In this document: positions 50,245 through 59,475 of the stretch, in pieces
How the letters are laid out: every line of letters begins with the position of its first letter
Numbering within the stretch: the first letter of the stretch is position 1
Source of the DNA: an uncultured Chitinophagaceae bacterium
GTDB lineage: Bacteria; Bacteroidota; Bacteroidia; Chitinophagales; Chitinophagaceae
DNA: 64,000 bases
Direction of reading: 5' to 3'
Assembly (NCBI GenBank): GCA_964409905.1
Contig: CAYPET010000003.1
Coordinates: forward strand, 43,613 to 107,612
Notes under the pieces: generated by a model
The model's input: only the letters and a program-made list of their open reading frames with translations
Told to the model about the DNA's origin: nothing
Databases searched by the model: none
Made by a program: the position numbers and the translations under genes

Positions 50245-50800
50245 AAGCAATGCTTTTAGTTTGTTGACATAATAATTCTTTCATCATTTTACGTGCTTTA
50301 TGCAGGTGCCAACGCGACAATGTTTCTTTTATATCCAACATATCGCCTATTTCTTTGTGCGAATAGCCATCTATGGCATAAAGGTTTAGGATAGTAGCAG
50401 TAGGCTCGGGTAGTTGACGCATGTAGTTGAGTATTTCGTTGGCATCGTGTGCATGATTTAATTCGTTAGTGGTCGACTCTTGTTCTTTCCAATCGGCAGG
50501 CATGGTGGCTGATATTTGAATCATGTCTTTATAATTCTTTGATTTTCTGAATATATCAATGGCTGTATTAACACCTGCCCGCCATACGTAAGCCTCAACA
50601 GAGGCAGTCAACGTTTGAAATCGCTCAATCTTACGGATCAATCGCATAAAAGACTCATTAATAATCTCTTGGATATCCTCGTCGTTTTTTGCATAGCGAT
50701 ATCCCACTCTTGCCAATATGGGGTAGCAAAACTCATAAAAGGCTCTTTGGGCTTTCCTGTTCCCAGCCATACAACCCTGTATTATTTGTTCTTCTATCAA
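50234..50800 (-). CDS. ECF-type RNA polymerase sigma-70 factor
   Basis: Region 2 (FYEFCYPILARVGYRY...) and region 4 HTH (YAIDGYSHKEIGDMLDIKETLSRWHLHKARK). Apparent TTG start. Confidence 0.9.
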   Translation of the reverse strand: MIEEQIIQGCMAGNRKAQRAFYEFCYPILARVGYRYAKNDEDIQEIINESFMRLIRKIERFQTLTASVEAYVWRAGVNTAIDIFRKSKNYKDMIQISATMPADWKEQESTTNELNHAHDANEILNYMRQLPEPTATILNLYAIDGYSHKEIGDMLDIKETLSRWHLHKARKMMKELLCQQTKSIAYGK

Positions 50801-51095
50801 TCCTAGGCGCTGTGATTAAACCATGCTATATCAAACTAATAACGAATTAAATATGGCATTCGTTAGTAAAAATAAGGAAATGGCGAATCTTTTGTTTTTT
50901 CAAAGTTCAGCCCACCATAGCAATTAGGTATGCTGATGTGGCTACTGAATTAGCGAATCTTCAAAAAATGGCACACTTTCCTGCCTCATACAGCATAATA
51001 AAGTTTTCCACGTACTTAAAACTTATTATCATTTTTCCATAATCTTTTTGGTTTTTAGTCAAATAGCATATTTTCGCAGTCTAAAATTAAATTCT

Positions 51096-51332
51096 ATGTC
51101 AGATATAGCTGAAAGAGTAAAAAAAATCATCGTTGATAAATTAGGTGTTGACGAAGGAGAAGTAAATAACGAAGCAAGCTTCACAAACGATTTAGGAGCT
51201 GATTCGTTAGATCAGGTAGAGCTTATTATGGAGTTCGAGAAAGAATTCAACCTTTCTATACCAGATGAAAAAGCCGAAACAATCGCTACCGTTGGTGATG
51301 CGGTTACTTATCTTGAAGAACACGCAAAATAA
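51096..51332 (+). CDS. acpP: Acyl carrier protein
   Basis: 78 aa from the ATG at 51096, with the DLGADSLD phosphopantetheine site. Confidence 0.97.
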   Translation: MSDIAERVKKIIVDKLGVDEGEVNNEASFTNDLGADSLDQVELIMEFEKEFNLSIPDEKAETIATVGDAVTYLEEHAK

Positions 51333-51354
51333 TTATTTGCTCAGAAATTAATAT

Positions 51355-52602
51355 ATGGAATTAAAACGCGTAGTCGTTACAGGACTCGGCGCCCTTACGC
51401 CCATTGGCAATACCATTTCAGCCTATTGGAATGGTTTGGTAAATGGCGTATCCGGCGCCGATTTCATTACCCTCTTCAATGCTGAAAAATTTAAAACCCA
51501 ATTCGCATGTGAGGTAAAGAATTTTGTTCCTGAAGATTTCATAGATCGTAAAGAGGCAAGACGATTAGATCGTTTTTCTCAATTTGCTTTGGCTTGTAGC
51601 GAACAAGCCATACAAGATGCCAAGCTTGGCGAGGCAGAAATAAACAAAGATCGCGTAGGTGTGATATGGGCTAGTGGCATAGGTGGTATCAATACGTTTC
51701 AAGATGAAATGCAAGGTTTTTTTACCGGTGATGGCACCCCACGTTTCAACCCATTCTTCATACCAAAAATGATATCCGACATCGCCGCCGGACATATATC
51801 TATGCGGCATGGATATCGTGGCCCCAACTATTGCACCGTTAGTGCTTGCGCATCATCCTCACATGCATTAATCGATGCCTCTCATTATATCAGACTCGGC
51901 AAGGCCGATGTGATTGTTTGTGGAGGCTCAGAGGCTGCCGTTAACGAAGCTGGTGTAGGCGGATTTAACGCCATGAAAGCCCTTAGCGAGCGAAACGATG
52001 ACCCAAAAACAGCTTCAAGACCGTTTGATAAAGAACGTGATGGTTTTGTTTTGGGTGAGGGAGCAGGCTGTTTGATTCTGGAAGAATACGAACACGCCAA
52101 GGCCAGAGGTGCCAAAATTTATGCGGAATTGGTAGGCTCGGCTGCTACAGCTGATGCCCACCACATGACAGCTCCACACCCTGAAGGCTTGGGTGTAATA
52201 TTGGTAATGAATAATGCACTTGAGGACGCAGAGTTACAACCAGAACAAGTAGATTATATAAACGTTCATGGTACATCAACTCCTTTGGGTGACATTGCTG
52301 AAATTACCGCTATACAAAATGTATTTGGTGAACATACATACAATCTGAATATTAGCTCAACAAAATCCATGACAGGTCACCTGTTGGGCGCAGCAGGCGC
52401 TATTGAGGCCATCGCCTCTGTACTTGCGCTTGAAAACAATCTGGTACCACCTACCATAAACCACAGTAATGTTGATGACAGCTTTGACCCACGTATCAAC
52501 TTTACGCTAAACAAAGCTCAGGAACGTGACTTACAAGTAGTTATAAGTAATACTTTCGGTTTTGGAGGGCACAATGCCTCAGTAATATTCAAAAAAATAT
52601 AG
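51355..52602 (+). CDS. fabF: 3-oxoacyl-ACP synthase II
   Basis: Active-site context CTVSACASS plus the HGTSTP and GHLLGAAG motifs. Confidence 0.97.
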   Translation: MELKRVVVTGLGALTPIGNTISAYWNGLVNGVSGADFITLFNAEKFKTQFACEVKNFVPEDFIDRKEARRLDRFSQFALACSEQAIQDAKLGEAEINKDRVGVIWASGIGGINTFQDEMQGFFTGDGTPRFNPFFIPKMISDIAAGHISMRHGYRGPNYCTVSACASSSHALIDASHYIRLGKADVIVCGGSEAAVNEAGVGGFNAMKALSERNDDPKTASRPFDKERDGFVLGEGAGCLILEEYEHAKARGAKIYAELVGSAATADAHHMTAPHPEGLGVILVMNNALEDAELQPEQVDYINVHGTSTPLGDIAEITAIQNVFGEHTYNLNISSTKSMTGHLLGAAGAIEAIASVLALENNLVPPTINHSNVDDSFDPRINFTLNKAQERDLQVVISNTFGFGGHNASVIFKKI

Positions 52603-52719
52603 CCCATAAGAAGACGGGCTTATTCTGAATTTAGTCCTTTTTAGTTTTTGTTGTCCAATATTTATTGCAGTAGAAAACATTTTTATTTTATTTAGGCTTG
52701 GCTTAATTTTCCCAATAAT

Positions 52720-53436
52720 TTGGCTTTAGTACCTAAAATAATCGTTCGCTTTTTTGTAAAGGATACGCCACGCTACAAACGTTTGCAGGCTGTGCTCGGA
52801 TTTACACCGGGCGATGAGAGTTTGTATGAACTGGCATTGTGCCATAGCTCAAGTGCGAAAGACCCTGCCGAAAATAATGAACGTCTCGAGTTTTTGGGTG
52901 ATGCAATTTTAGGGTCGATTATTGGGGAATACTTATTCCACAAATACCCAACGAAACCTGAAGGTTACCTCACAGATATGCGATCGAAAATTGTAAATCG
53001 TAAAAAACTAAATGAAGTAGGAAAAAAAATTGGCTTGCAGGATTTGATGGATTACAATGACAAAGATTACTTCCTACGCAACTCCCCGATATTTGGTAAT
53101 GCTTTTGAAGCCCTGCTAGGAGCCATATACCTTGACAAAGGATATATTAAAACTAAAAAATTCATTCATAAACGTATGATCACGCCATTTATTGATGTGG
53201 AAGAATTGGAACAAATTGAAGCCAACATCAAAAACAAACTCATAGGCTGGGCAAAACGTGAAGAAAAAGAGCTTGAGTTTGTAGAATTAGCGCCGGAACC
53301 TTCCCATAATGGGCGGCAGCGTTTTCATATTGGCATCATGTTAGATGGTCAACTTATATGCACAGGCGCTGCACTGACTAAAAAAGAGGCCAGCAAAAAA
53401 GCGGCTGAGGAGGCGATACAAATCTTAGAAGCCTGA
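52720..53436 (+). CDS. rnc: Ribonuclease III
   Basis: NERLEFLGDA signature and a C-terminal dsRBD (KEASKKAAEEA). Apparent TTG start. Confidence 0.93.
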   Translation: MALVPKIIVRFFVKDTPRYKRLQAVLGFTPGDESLYELALCHSSSAKDPAENNERLEFLGDAILGSIIGEYLFHKYPTKPEGYLTDMRSKIVNRKKLNEVGKKIGLQDLMDYNDKDYFLRNSPIFGNAFEALLGAIYLDKGYIKTKKFIHKRMITPFIDVEELEQIEANIKNKLIGWAKREEKELEFVELAPEPSHNGRQRFHIGIMLDGQLICTGAALTKKEASKKAAEEAIQILEA

Positions 53437-53456
53437 TTTGTCTTAGTTAGAATATC

Positions 53457-53496
53457 AAGCAATGGTATTAATAATATTTTAAAAGTACCATTGCTT
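53457..53496 (+). terminator. Stem-loop between rnc and ssrA (terminator candidate without a U-tract)
   Basis: 11-bp perfect stem aagcaatggta/taccattgctt with an 18-nt AT-rich loop. Confidence 0.4.
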
Positions 53497-53518
53497 CAAA
53501 TCCAAAATTTAAAATCCC

Positions 53519-53526
53519 TACCTTTG
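53519..53526 (+). promoter_or_regulatory. Candidate Bacteroidota -7 promoter box (TAnnTTTG) for ssrA
   Basis: TACCTTTG lies 17 nt upstream of the mature tmRNA 5' end. No well-spaced -33 TTTG was seen. Confidence 0.3.
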
Positions 53527-53542
53527 CTTTCCACTTTTAATT

Positions 53543-53921
53543 GGGGCTGACTGGTTTTGACAGCATAGGTTCTTTGATAGTAAGCAGGTAGTGCGTAGTT
53601 TAATAGCACTTAAATCTCATTATTCAAACTTTCAAATGGCGAATCTAACTTCGCTATGGCAGCCTAATCATTGATTAGATGTCATATATGGATGAAAACC
53701 AACTGGCCGACGACTTGGTTTCATCTTAATCAAAACAATCGACGGCTAGCTTAGGTAGTATTGCTATGCCTAAGTAAACCACGCCGAGGCGTGGCGAGCA
53801 GATAAGGTGGCGTTAAGTATGTTTTCTACTTGTAGCCATTCGAAAATCTGATTGAAAACTAAACTTGTAGAAAGCTTTCCGAGATTATGTTTGGACGCGG
53901 GTTCGACTCCCGCCAGCTCCA
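53543..53921 (+). ncRNA. ssrA: tmRNA (SsrA), one-piece
   Basis: 5' GGGGCTGA acceptor half and a 3' end GGACGCGGGTTCGACTCCCGCCAGCTCCA nearly identical to the E. coli tmRNA T-arm/acceptor. Tag reading frame 53638..53667 encodes GESNFAMAA-stop. CCA is not encoded. Confidence 0.93.
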
Positions 53922-53929
53922 CATTTCTT

Positions 53930-55951
53930 TTACCTATTTTGGCGCAACTTTTCAACACGTTGCTGCTGCACGTATGCCATACGATTTTTGTAATAATCTG
54001 CATTGGCCGTATCCCCTATCGCACGATAGGTCGTTTCCAAAAACTTTAATGACATCACATCCAAACTATCAGCCGCATAGGCTTTTTTGAACCAATAAAT
54101 TGCACTGTCAGCACGCTGTGCCACACCATAGACACAACCAATGTTATTCATAAAATCAGCCTCTGTCGAATCAAGTCTATAGGCCTTTTTAAAATAAGGC
54201 AAGGCCTCACTGTATTGCTGACGGTTAAAATATACTGTACCCACATTATTTGTATAGATCCCGCTGGTTGAATCTTCCTTGTAGGCAAGACTATAATACT
54301 TAAATGATGAATCTAACTGACCAATTTTAAAATAAGCCTTACCCAACTGATTGTAACCATCACCAGGCAGATAAGGGTAAATTTTCATGGCCCGATTAAA
54401 ATACGTAATGGAAAGCTGAGCCTCTCTATTTACACTATCCGTTATTTGCTGCTGAGTAAACCCCTGCTCAAATAAGATGTCCGTTAGCACTTCCTTACGG
54501 TCCTCACTTGGTAAGTGATTCCCCATGTAAAAAAGCAGGTGAGTTGAGTTGGGATTATATTCAATATCGCGGGAGAATAGCGCATAATCATTTTTCCAAT
54601 CTTCATTACGGGCAATAGTTTTTACAGAGTACAATACAGAGACCAACAAAACTACACCCCACAATAAGGGTGACATCTTGATTTTCTGCAGCAAAGAGGT
54701 GCCGCCATCTTTATAAAAAAAGTATGCCAGCAAACAAACCAATACCATACTCAATCCCATACTGGGCATAAACAAAAGCCGCTCACCAAAACTTGTACCA
54801 ATCAGAAAAAACACATTTGATGCCAAAGAAAATGTAATAAAAAACCATAGTATTCCAAAACTCAGCAATTTCAAATGCTTGATCTTTTTTATTGCATAAA
54901 GAAACCCGATTAAGCATATTACAAAACTCAAAATAAAGCCCCAATGGCCAGGTGTAACAGGCTCAAGGGTTGCATAAGAGTAATCGCAAGCCAAAGGGTG
55001 CGGCACCAAAAACGTATAAAGGTAATAGCCTACAATCATTACTGCCGTGGCAAAGCGGGCCGGGTAATCATCCTTCACCAGGACAATTAAATTATCCATC
55101 ACACTGGTTTCTGCATTCTGCGGAAACTGACTTAGCACAGCAGATCGCGTCATCACAAACAGTACTGCTACAACCAATAAGGGTGATGTAATGCGCAGTA
55201 CCTGACGCCAATCAAATTTGCCCAATTGAAAATAAATCAATAAAGGAAACATCCCCATGCTGACCACAGCTGATTCTTTTGAAAACAAGGCAACAGCATA
55301 GGCCAAGGTCCCCCAAGCAAGGTGGAACACTTGCCTGTCTTTGAGGTATAACTGAATAGCCCGCATAGCTGCTAGAGTGCCCAACAAGGCTAAAATTTCA
55401 TCTAGCGATTTAATATTGGTTACCACCTCGGTATGAATAGGATGGACGGTGAAAATCAGGGTAATCAATAAGGGCAACACCCACTTCCGCTTGAATAAAT
55501 CATACAGCACCCAAAAAAGCAACATGCAGAGCAGGCCGTATATTATCACATTGACCTTATGAAATCCATGCGGATTTCCACTAAATAGATTCCACTCAAT
55601 ATTAAATACCAATTTGGTGAATGGACGATACAAAGAGTTTTCACGGTCAGACACATCCCCTCGGCGCAGCGGGGTAACAAACATCAATTTTGTATTCTCC
55701 CAACTTACGGGAGCCTTGGTCATTTTATTATTGGCAATAATACCATGATCATCTAGTACAAAACGATGTTGAAACGTATTGCTATAAAGCATGATGGCCA
55801 ACAAAAAGAAAAATGCCGATATGAACCAAATATTGCGTTGCTTCGGCATTGATTCATTTGGCGTAGCAATCTCATTTTGCTTATCAGAAGTTTTCTGCTT
55901 TTCTTGTGGCGCTACTGATTTTATCTTTTTCTTGTTCGACTTTCTTCCCAT
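53930..55951 (-). CDS. TMTC-like GT-C glycosyltransferase-fold membrane protein with C-terminal TPR repeats (paralog 1)
   Basis: Multi-TM N-terminal domain with the loop-1 FVLDDHGII motif and the HPIHTEVV motif (DUF1736/TMTC-like). The last ~200 aa are TPR-like (AYFKIGQLDSSFKYYSLAYKEDS...). Confidence 0.72.
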   Translation of the reverse strand: MGRKSNKKKIKSVAPQEKQKTSDKQNEIATPNESMPKQRNIWFISAFFFLLAIMLYSNTFQHRFVLDDHGIIANNKMTKAPVSWENTKLMFVTPLRRGDVSDRENSLYRPFTKLVFNIEWNLFSGNPHGFHKVNVIIYGLLCMLLFWVLYDLFKRKWVLPLLITLIFTVHPIHTEVVTNIKSLDEILALLGTLAAMRAIQLYLKDRQVFHLAWGTLAYAVALFSKESAVVSMGMFPLLIYFQLGKFDWRQVLRITSPLLVVAVLFVMTRSAVLSQFPQNAETSVMDNLIVLVKDDYPARFATAVMIVGYYLYTFLVPHPLACDYSYATLEPVTPGHWGFILSFVICLIGFLYAIKKIKHLKLLSFGILWFFITFSLASNVFFLIGTSFGERLLFMPSMGLSMVLVCLLAYFFYKDGGTSLLQKIKMSPLLWGVVLLVSVLYSVKTIARNEDWKNDYALFSRDIEYNPNSTHLLFYMGNHLPSEDRKEVLTDILFEQGFTQQQITDSVNREAQLSITYFNRAMKIYPYLPGDGYNQLGKAYFKIGQLDSSFKYYSLAYKEDSTSGIYTNNVGTVYFNRQQYSEALPYFKKAYRLDSTEADFMNNIGCVYGVAQRADSAIYWFKKAYAADSLDVMSLKFLETTYRAIGDTANADYYKNRMAYVQQQRVEKLRQNR

Positions 55952-56051
55952 TATTATAGAATATCTACGCTAAAATAAACAATGATTATCAAACCAAGGG
56001 CAGAAGCTACATAGCAAGCCTGGCACAAATCAAATATTGTCGTTATGCAAC

Positions 56052-58067
56052 CTACCGCAGGTTGTTTAATTGTGCGGAATAATAGGCAGCATTCTCAGTA
56101 TCGCCAATAGCGTTATATATTTTCACCAATAATTCGAGCGATTTAGTATTTCGCCGGTCTTGATTGTGCGCCTTAGTAAACCAGAATATGGCACTATCTG
56201 CACGCTGGGTTGAAGCATATATCAGTCCAATATTGTTCATATGGTTAACATTTGCTGTGTCTGCCTGATGAGCTTTAAAATACAGAGGCATGGCCTCGGC
56301 ATATTGTTGCTTATTGAAATAAGCTACCCCCAAATTGCCACAATATGTCGGATTAGAAGAATCAATATCGTATGCCTTTTTTAGGTACTTCAAAGCAGAA
56401 TCAACCTGATTGGTATACACATAGGCCAAACCCAATTGTGTACTATTTCGAGAAGTTAAATTTGGGTCCATTTTTAAAAGGCGCTGAAAATAATCAATGG
56501 ATAAATTCATGTTTCGCTGAATAGAATCAGCTATCTGCTGCTCATTAAAACCCAGACTGCGCATGGATTTAGTGACTTTTTCTACCTGCACATCATTCGA
56601 AAAATGGTTGCCTAGGTAAGATAATAAATGTACAGCATTCGGATGCGTGGCCACATCAGTAGAAAATAATTTGTAATCAGTTTCCCAGGCTTGATTTCTA
56701 TCGATCGTTTTTACACTGTACAGTAAACTGACAAAAAGAATCAACAACCATAGAACTGGAGATTTTTTTATCTTATCTACCAAAGATTGTCCGCCCTCGC
56801 GCTGAAATAATCTGGCCAATAGGATCACCAACGCTATGCACAATCCCAGACTGGGTGTAAATAACAAGCGTTCGCCAAAGCTGGTTCCGATCAGAAAGAA
56901 TATGTTACTAATGAGAGAAAAGGTGATAAAAAACCAAAGAAGTCCGAATGCTACCTTCTCCTTTTTTCTGAGTGCCGTTATAGCCACAAACAAACCGAAA
57001 AGCAACAAAGCAAAACTTAAAAAAAATCCCCAATGCTGCAGTCCTACCGGCTGATGTGTAGGGTAAGAATAATCGCAGGATAATGAATATGGCACTAGAA
57101 ATGTATACAAATAATATCCTGCAAGCATAACAGCTGTAGCAAATCTCTCAACGGTATCATCCCCTACTTTTACTAAAACATTGTCCATATAACTCAATGG
57201 ATTATTTGCCGGAAACTCGCTCAGCACAGCTGATCGTATCATCACAAATACGATAGCAGCCAGCAAAAAAGGAGCTAACAAAAAGCTTGTTTTCTTTAAA
57301 CTAAACGAGTTTGTTTGAAAATAAATCAGCAAGGCAATCAAGCCGATACCCAGCACCGCAGACTCTTTAGAGAAAAGCGCAATAGCAAATACCATTATTC
57401 CCCATATCCAGTGCCATACCTTACTACTAGTTAGATACAATTGAATGGCTCGCAAAGACCCAACAATACCCAGCATAGTAATGATTTCATCTTGTGATTT
57501 AATATTCGCAACCACCTCTGTGTGTATGGGATGAACGGTAAACAACAGGGTAATAAAGAAAGGTAGCATCCAGCGCTTATCAAATAAGTCGTACAGCACC
57601 CAAAAAATCAACATGCACAACAACCCATAGAGTAGTACATTCATTTTATGAAAATGATGGGGGTTGCCGTCGAAAAAATTCCATTGAAGATTAAAAAACA
57701 GCTTGACAAAAGGCCGATATAAGCTATTATCGACATTACTTCCATCGCCATAGCGCAAGGGTGTAGTAAACAACGCCTTTGTATTTTCGACACTAACCGG
57801 AGCAGTAACATATTCGTTAAATGGAATAATGCCATGGTCGTCTAAAACAAAATCATGCTGAAAAGTGTTGGCATACAAGACAAAAGATATCAAAAGAAAA
57901 AAGCCTGAAAAAAGCCAGGCATTTCTATCTGACAAGGACTCATTAACATGAGTCATTTTGTGGTCAATAGGAATGGTTGCAGTCGGTTTACTTTGCTTTG
58001 ATTCCGCTGCCTGCTGCACATTTTTTATTTCAAGGTGTTGTAATTTCTTTTTTGACTTTTTGCTCAT
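56052..58067 (-). CDS. TMTC-like GT-C glycosyltransferase-fold membrane protein with C-terminal TPR repeats (paralog 2)
   Basis: Same architecture and motifs as paralog 1. The ATG at 58067 (MSKKSKKK) gives 671 aa, against 673 aa for paralog 1. Confidence 0.72.
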   Translation of the reverse strand: MSKKSKKKLQHLEIKNVQQAAESKQSKPTATIPIDHKMTHVNESLSDRNAWLFSGFFLLISFVLYANTFQHDFVLDDHGIIPFNEYVTAPVSVENTKALFTTPLRYGDGSNVDNSLYRPFVKLFFNLQWNFFDGNPHHFHKMNVLLYGLLCMLIFWVLYDLFDKRWMLPFFITLLFTVHPIHTEVVANIKSQDEIITMLGIVGSLRAIQLYLTSSKVWHWIWGIMVFAIALFSKESAVLGIGLIALLIYFQTNSFSLKKTSFLLAPFLLAAIVFVMIRSAVLSEFPANNPLSYMDNVLVKVGDDTVERFATAVMLAGYYLYTFLVPYSLSCDYSYPTHQPVGLQHWGFFLSFALLLFGLFVAITALRKKEKVAFGLLWFFITFSLISNIFFLIGTSFGERLLFTPSLGLCIALVILLARLFQREGGQSLVDKIKKSPVLWLLILFVSLLYSVKTIDRNQAWETDYKLFSTDVATHPNAVHLLSYLGNHFSNDVQVEKVTKSMRSLGFNEQQIADSIQRNMNLSIDYFQRLLKMDPNLTSRNSTQLGLAYVYTNQVDSALKYLKKAYDIDSSNPTYCGNLGVAYFNKQQYAEAMPLYFKAHQADTANVNHMNNIGLIYASTQRADSAIFWFTKAHNQDRRNTKSLELLVKIYNAIGDTENAAYYSAQLNNLR

Positions 58068-58208
58068 GAAAAATACTTCACCGCTAAAATACACACGGTC
58101 TGCACAATATGAAAGGCCTCTGCGCAATAGTTGCCAATGCCTGCACGCTGGTTTCTGAACACATGGCTTCACATTTACAAAAAGAGGTTGTAATTTACCC
58201 GCCTGAAA

Positions 58209-59408
58209 TTGATACGTCACATACCATTTTTGAAGGAGGTGCTGAAGTATTCACTTACCGCCTTTGGAGGTCCGCAAGGTCACATAGGCATGATGATGCG
58301 CAGCTTTGTTGATAAGCGCCACGACATTACCGAGTCTGAGTTAATGGATTACCTTAGTTTTTGTCAAATGTTACCCGGCCCGTCATCCTCGCAAACAGTA
58401 GCCCTCATTGGTTATAAAAGAGGCGGTATATTGTTAGGTGTACTTACATTACTCGTTTGGATATTACCGGCATCCGGTATTATGGCGGCGCTGTCTTTTT
58501 TAGTAAAATATGTTGACGCGCAATTTTTACAAACGCGTGTGTTTCATTACGTTCAACCTATGGCGGTGGGGTTTATCGTTTATGCTGCATTGCGCAGCAT
58601 GAAAATTAGCATTCGAAGCAAGGTGAGTATTTTCATTATGACTTTAGCTACTGCCCTGACCATTTTTGTTCGCAGCCCTTGGGTCTTTCCGTTAACCATC
58701 CTGTTGGGAGGTTTTATTACCAACTTTACCAATAAAGAATACCCACCTCATGATACGACCGCTTTTGAAATAAAATGGAAACGGTTGGGGTGGTTCTTGC
58801 TGATATTCGTCATTGCCGGTGTCTTGTCAGAAATGGCCAGAACTCAACATTGGCAACATGCCCGTGCTTTTAATTTGTTCGAAAACTTCTACCGCTTTGG
58901 TGGTATTGTTTTTGGGGGTGGTTATGTGCTCATCCCCATGATGCAGGAGCAATTTATTTTTCATGCTTCAGCGGTTTATGGAGACCCGCTCTTGACAAAC
59001 CAACAATTTTTAACTGGTGTTGGACTGGTAAACGCCATACCCGGACCAGTTTTTTCTCTTTGCAGCTATGTAGGAGGATTATGTATGGATGGCAGTGTTA
59101 GTCAGCAACTATTAGGCTGTTTTATTGGTACGGTGGGCGTTTTCTTACCTGGTGCGCTGATTTTGTTTTTTCTTTTCCCTTTATATCAAAATTTAAAACA
59201 ATACCGTGTCATCTTTAGAGCCCTTGAAGGTATTCATGCGACTGTTATTGGCATTTTATGGGGGTCAGCAGTTTTGTTAGCGCAGACTGTGCCAATGGAA
59301 TGGGGCAGTTTGTTTGTCATTGCCACCACTGCTTTGGTCCTAAAGTATACCAAAATACCGGCACCCTTTATCGTTCTATTTTGGTTGCTGATGGGCCTCA
59401 TGTTCTAA
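58209..59408 (+). CDS. chrA: Chromate-ion transporter (CHR family, duplicated-domain ChrA)
   Basis: Two CHR halves, each with an FGGP/FGGG motif (LTAFGGPQGHIG and GGIVFGGGYVLIP). Apparent TTG start. Confidence 0.85.
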   Translation: MIRHIPFLKEVLKYSLTAFGGPQGHIGMMMRSFVDKRHDITESELMDYLSFCQMLPGPSSSQTVALIGYKRGGILLGVLTLLVWILPASGIMAALSFLVKYVDAQFLQTRVFHYVQPMAVGFIVYAALRSMKISIRSKVSIFIMTLATALTIFVRSPWVFPLTILLGGFITNFTNKEYPPHDTTAFEIKWKRLGWFLLIFVIAGVLSEMARTQHWQHARAFNLFENFYRFGGIVFGGGYVLIPMMQEQFIFHASAVYGDPLLTNQQFLTGVGLVNAIPGPVFSLCSYVGGLCMDGSVSQQLLGCFIGTVGVFLPGALILFFLFPLYQNLKQYRVIFRALEGIHATVIGILWGSAVLLAQTVPMEWGSLFVIATTALVLKYTKIPAPFIVLFWLLMGLMF

Positions 59409-59475
59409 AACCCTTTTCTGTCATCCGATTTTTCGCTTCATATAGAATAACACCCTTATTTACAATAACTAGTGA

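Noticed and set aside
50883-50961. 9-nt direct repeat gcgaatctt (50883..50891 and 50953..50961) in the sigma/acpP intergenic region. A related string, ggcgaatct, occurs in the tmRNA tag region.
   Set aside because: A single 9-mer recurrence within about 300 nt of AT-rich DNA is within chance expectation, and there is no further structure around it.
53770-54090. Three short ORFs (65-77 aa) overlapping the 3' part of the tmRNA gene.
   Set aside because: The region is fully explained by the tmRNA gene and the 3' end of the adjacent TPR-protein gene. The translations contain tRNA-like sequence artefacts.
58068-58220. 51-codon N-terminal extension of the second TMTC-like ORF, which would overlap the chrA start.
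   Set aside because: The extension has no similarity to the paralog. The ATG at 58067 (MSKKSKKK) reproduces the paralog's Lys-rich N-terminus and length, and it leaves a normal 141-bp divergent promoter region.
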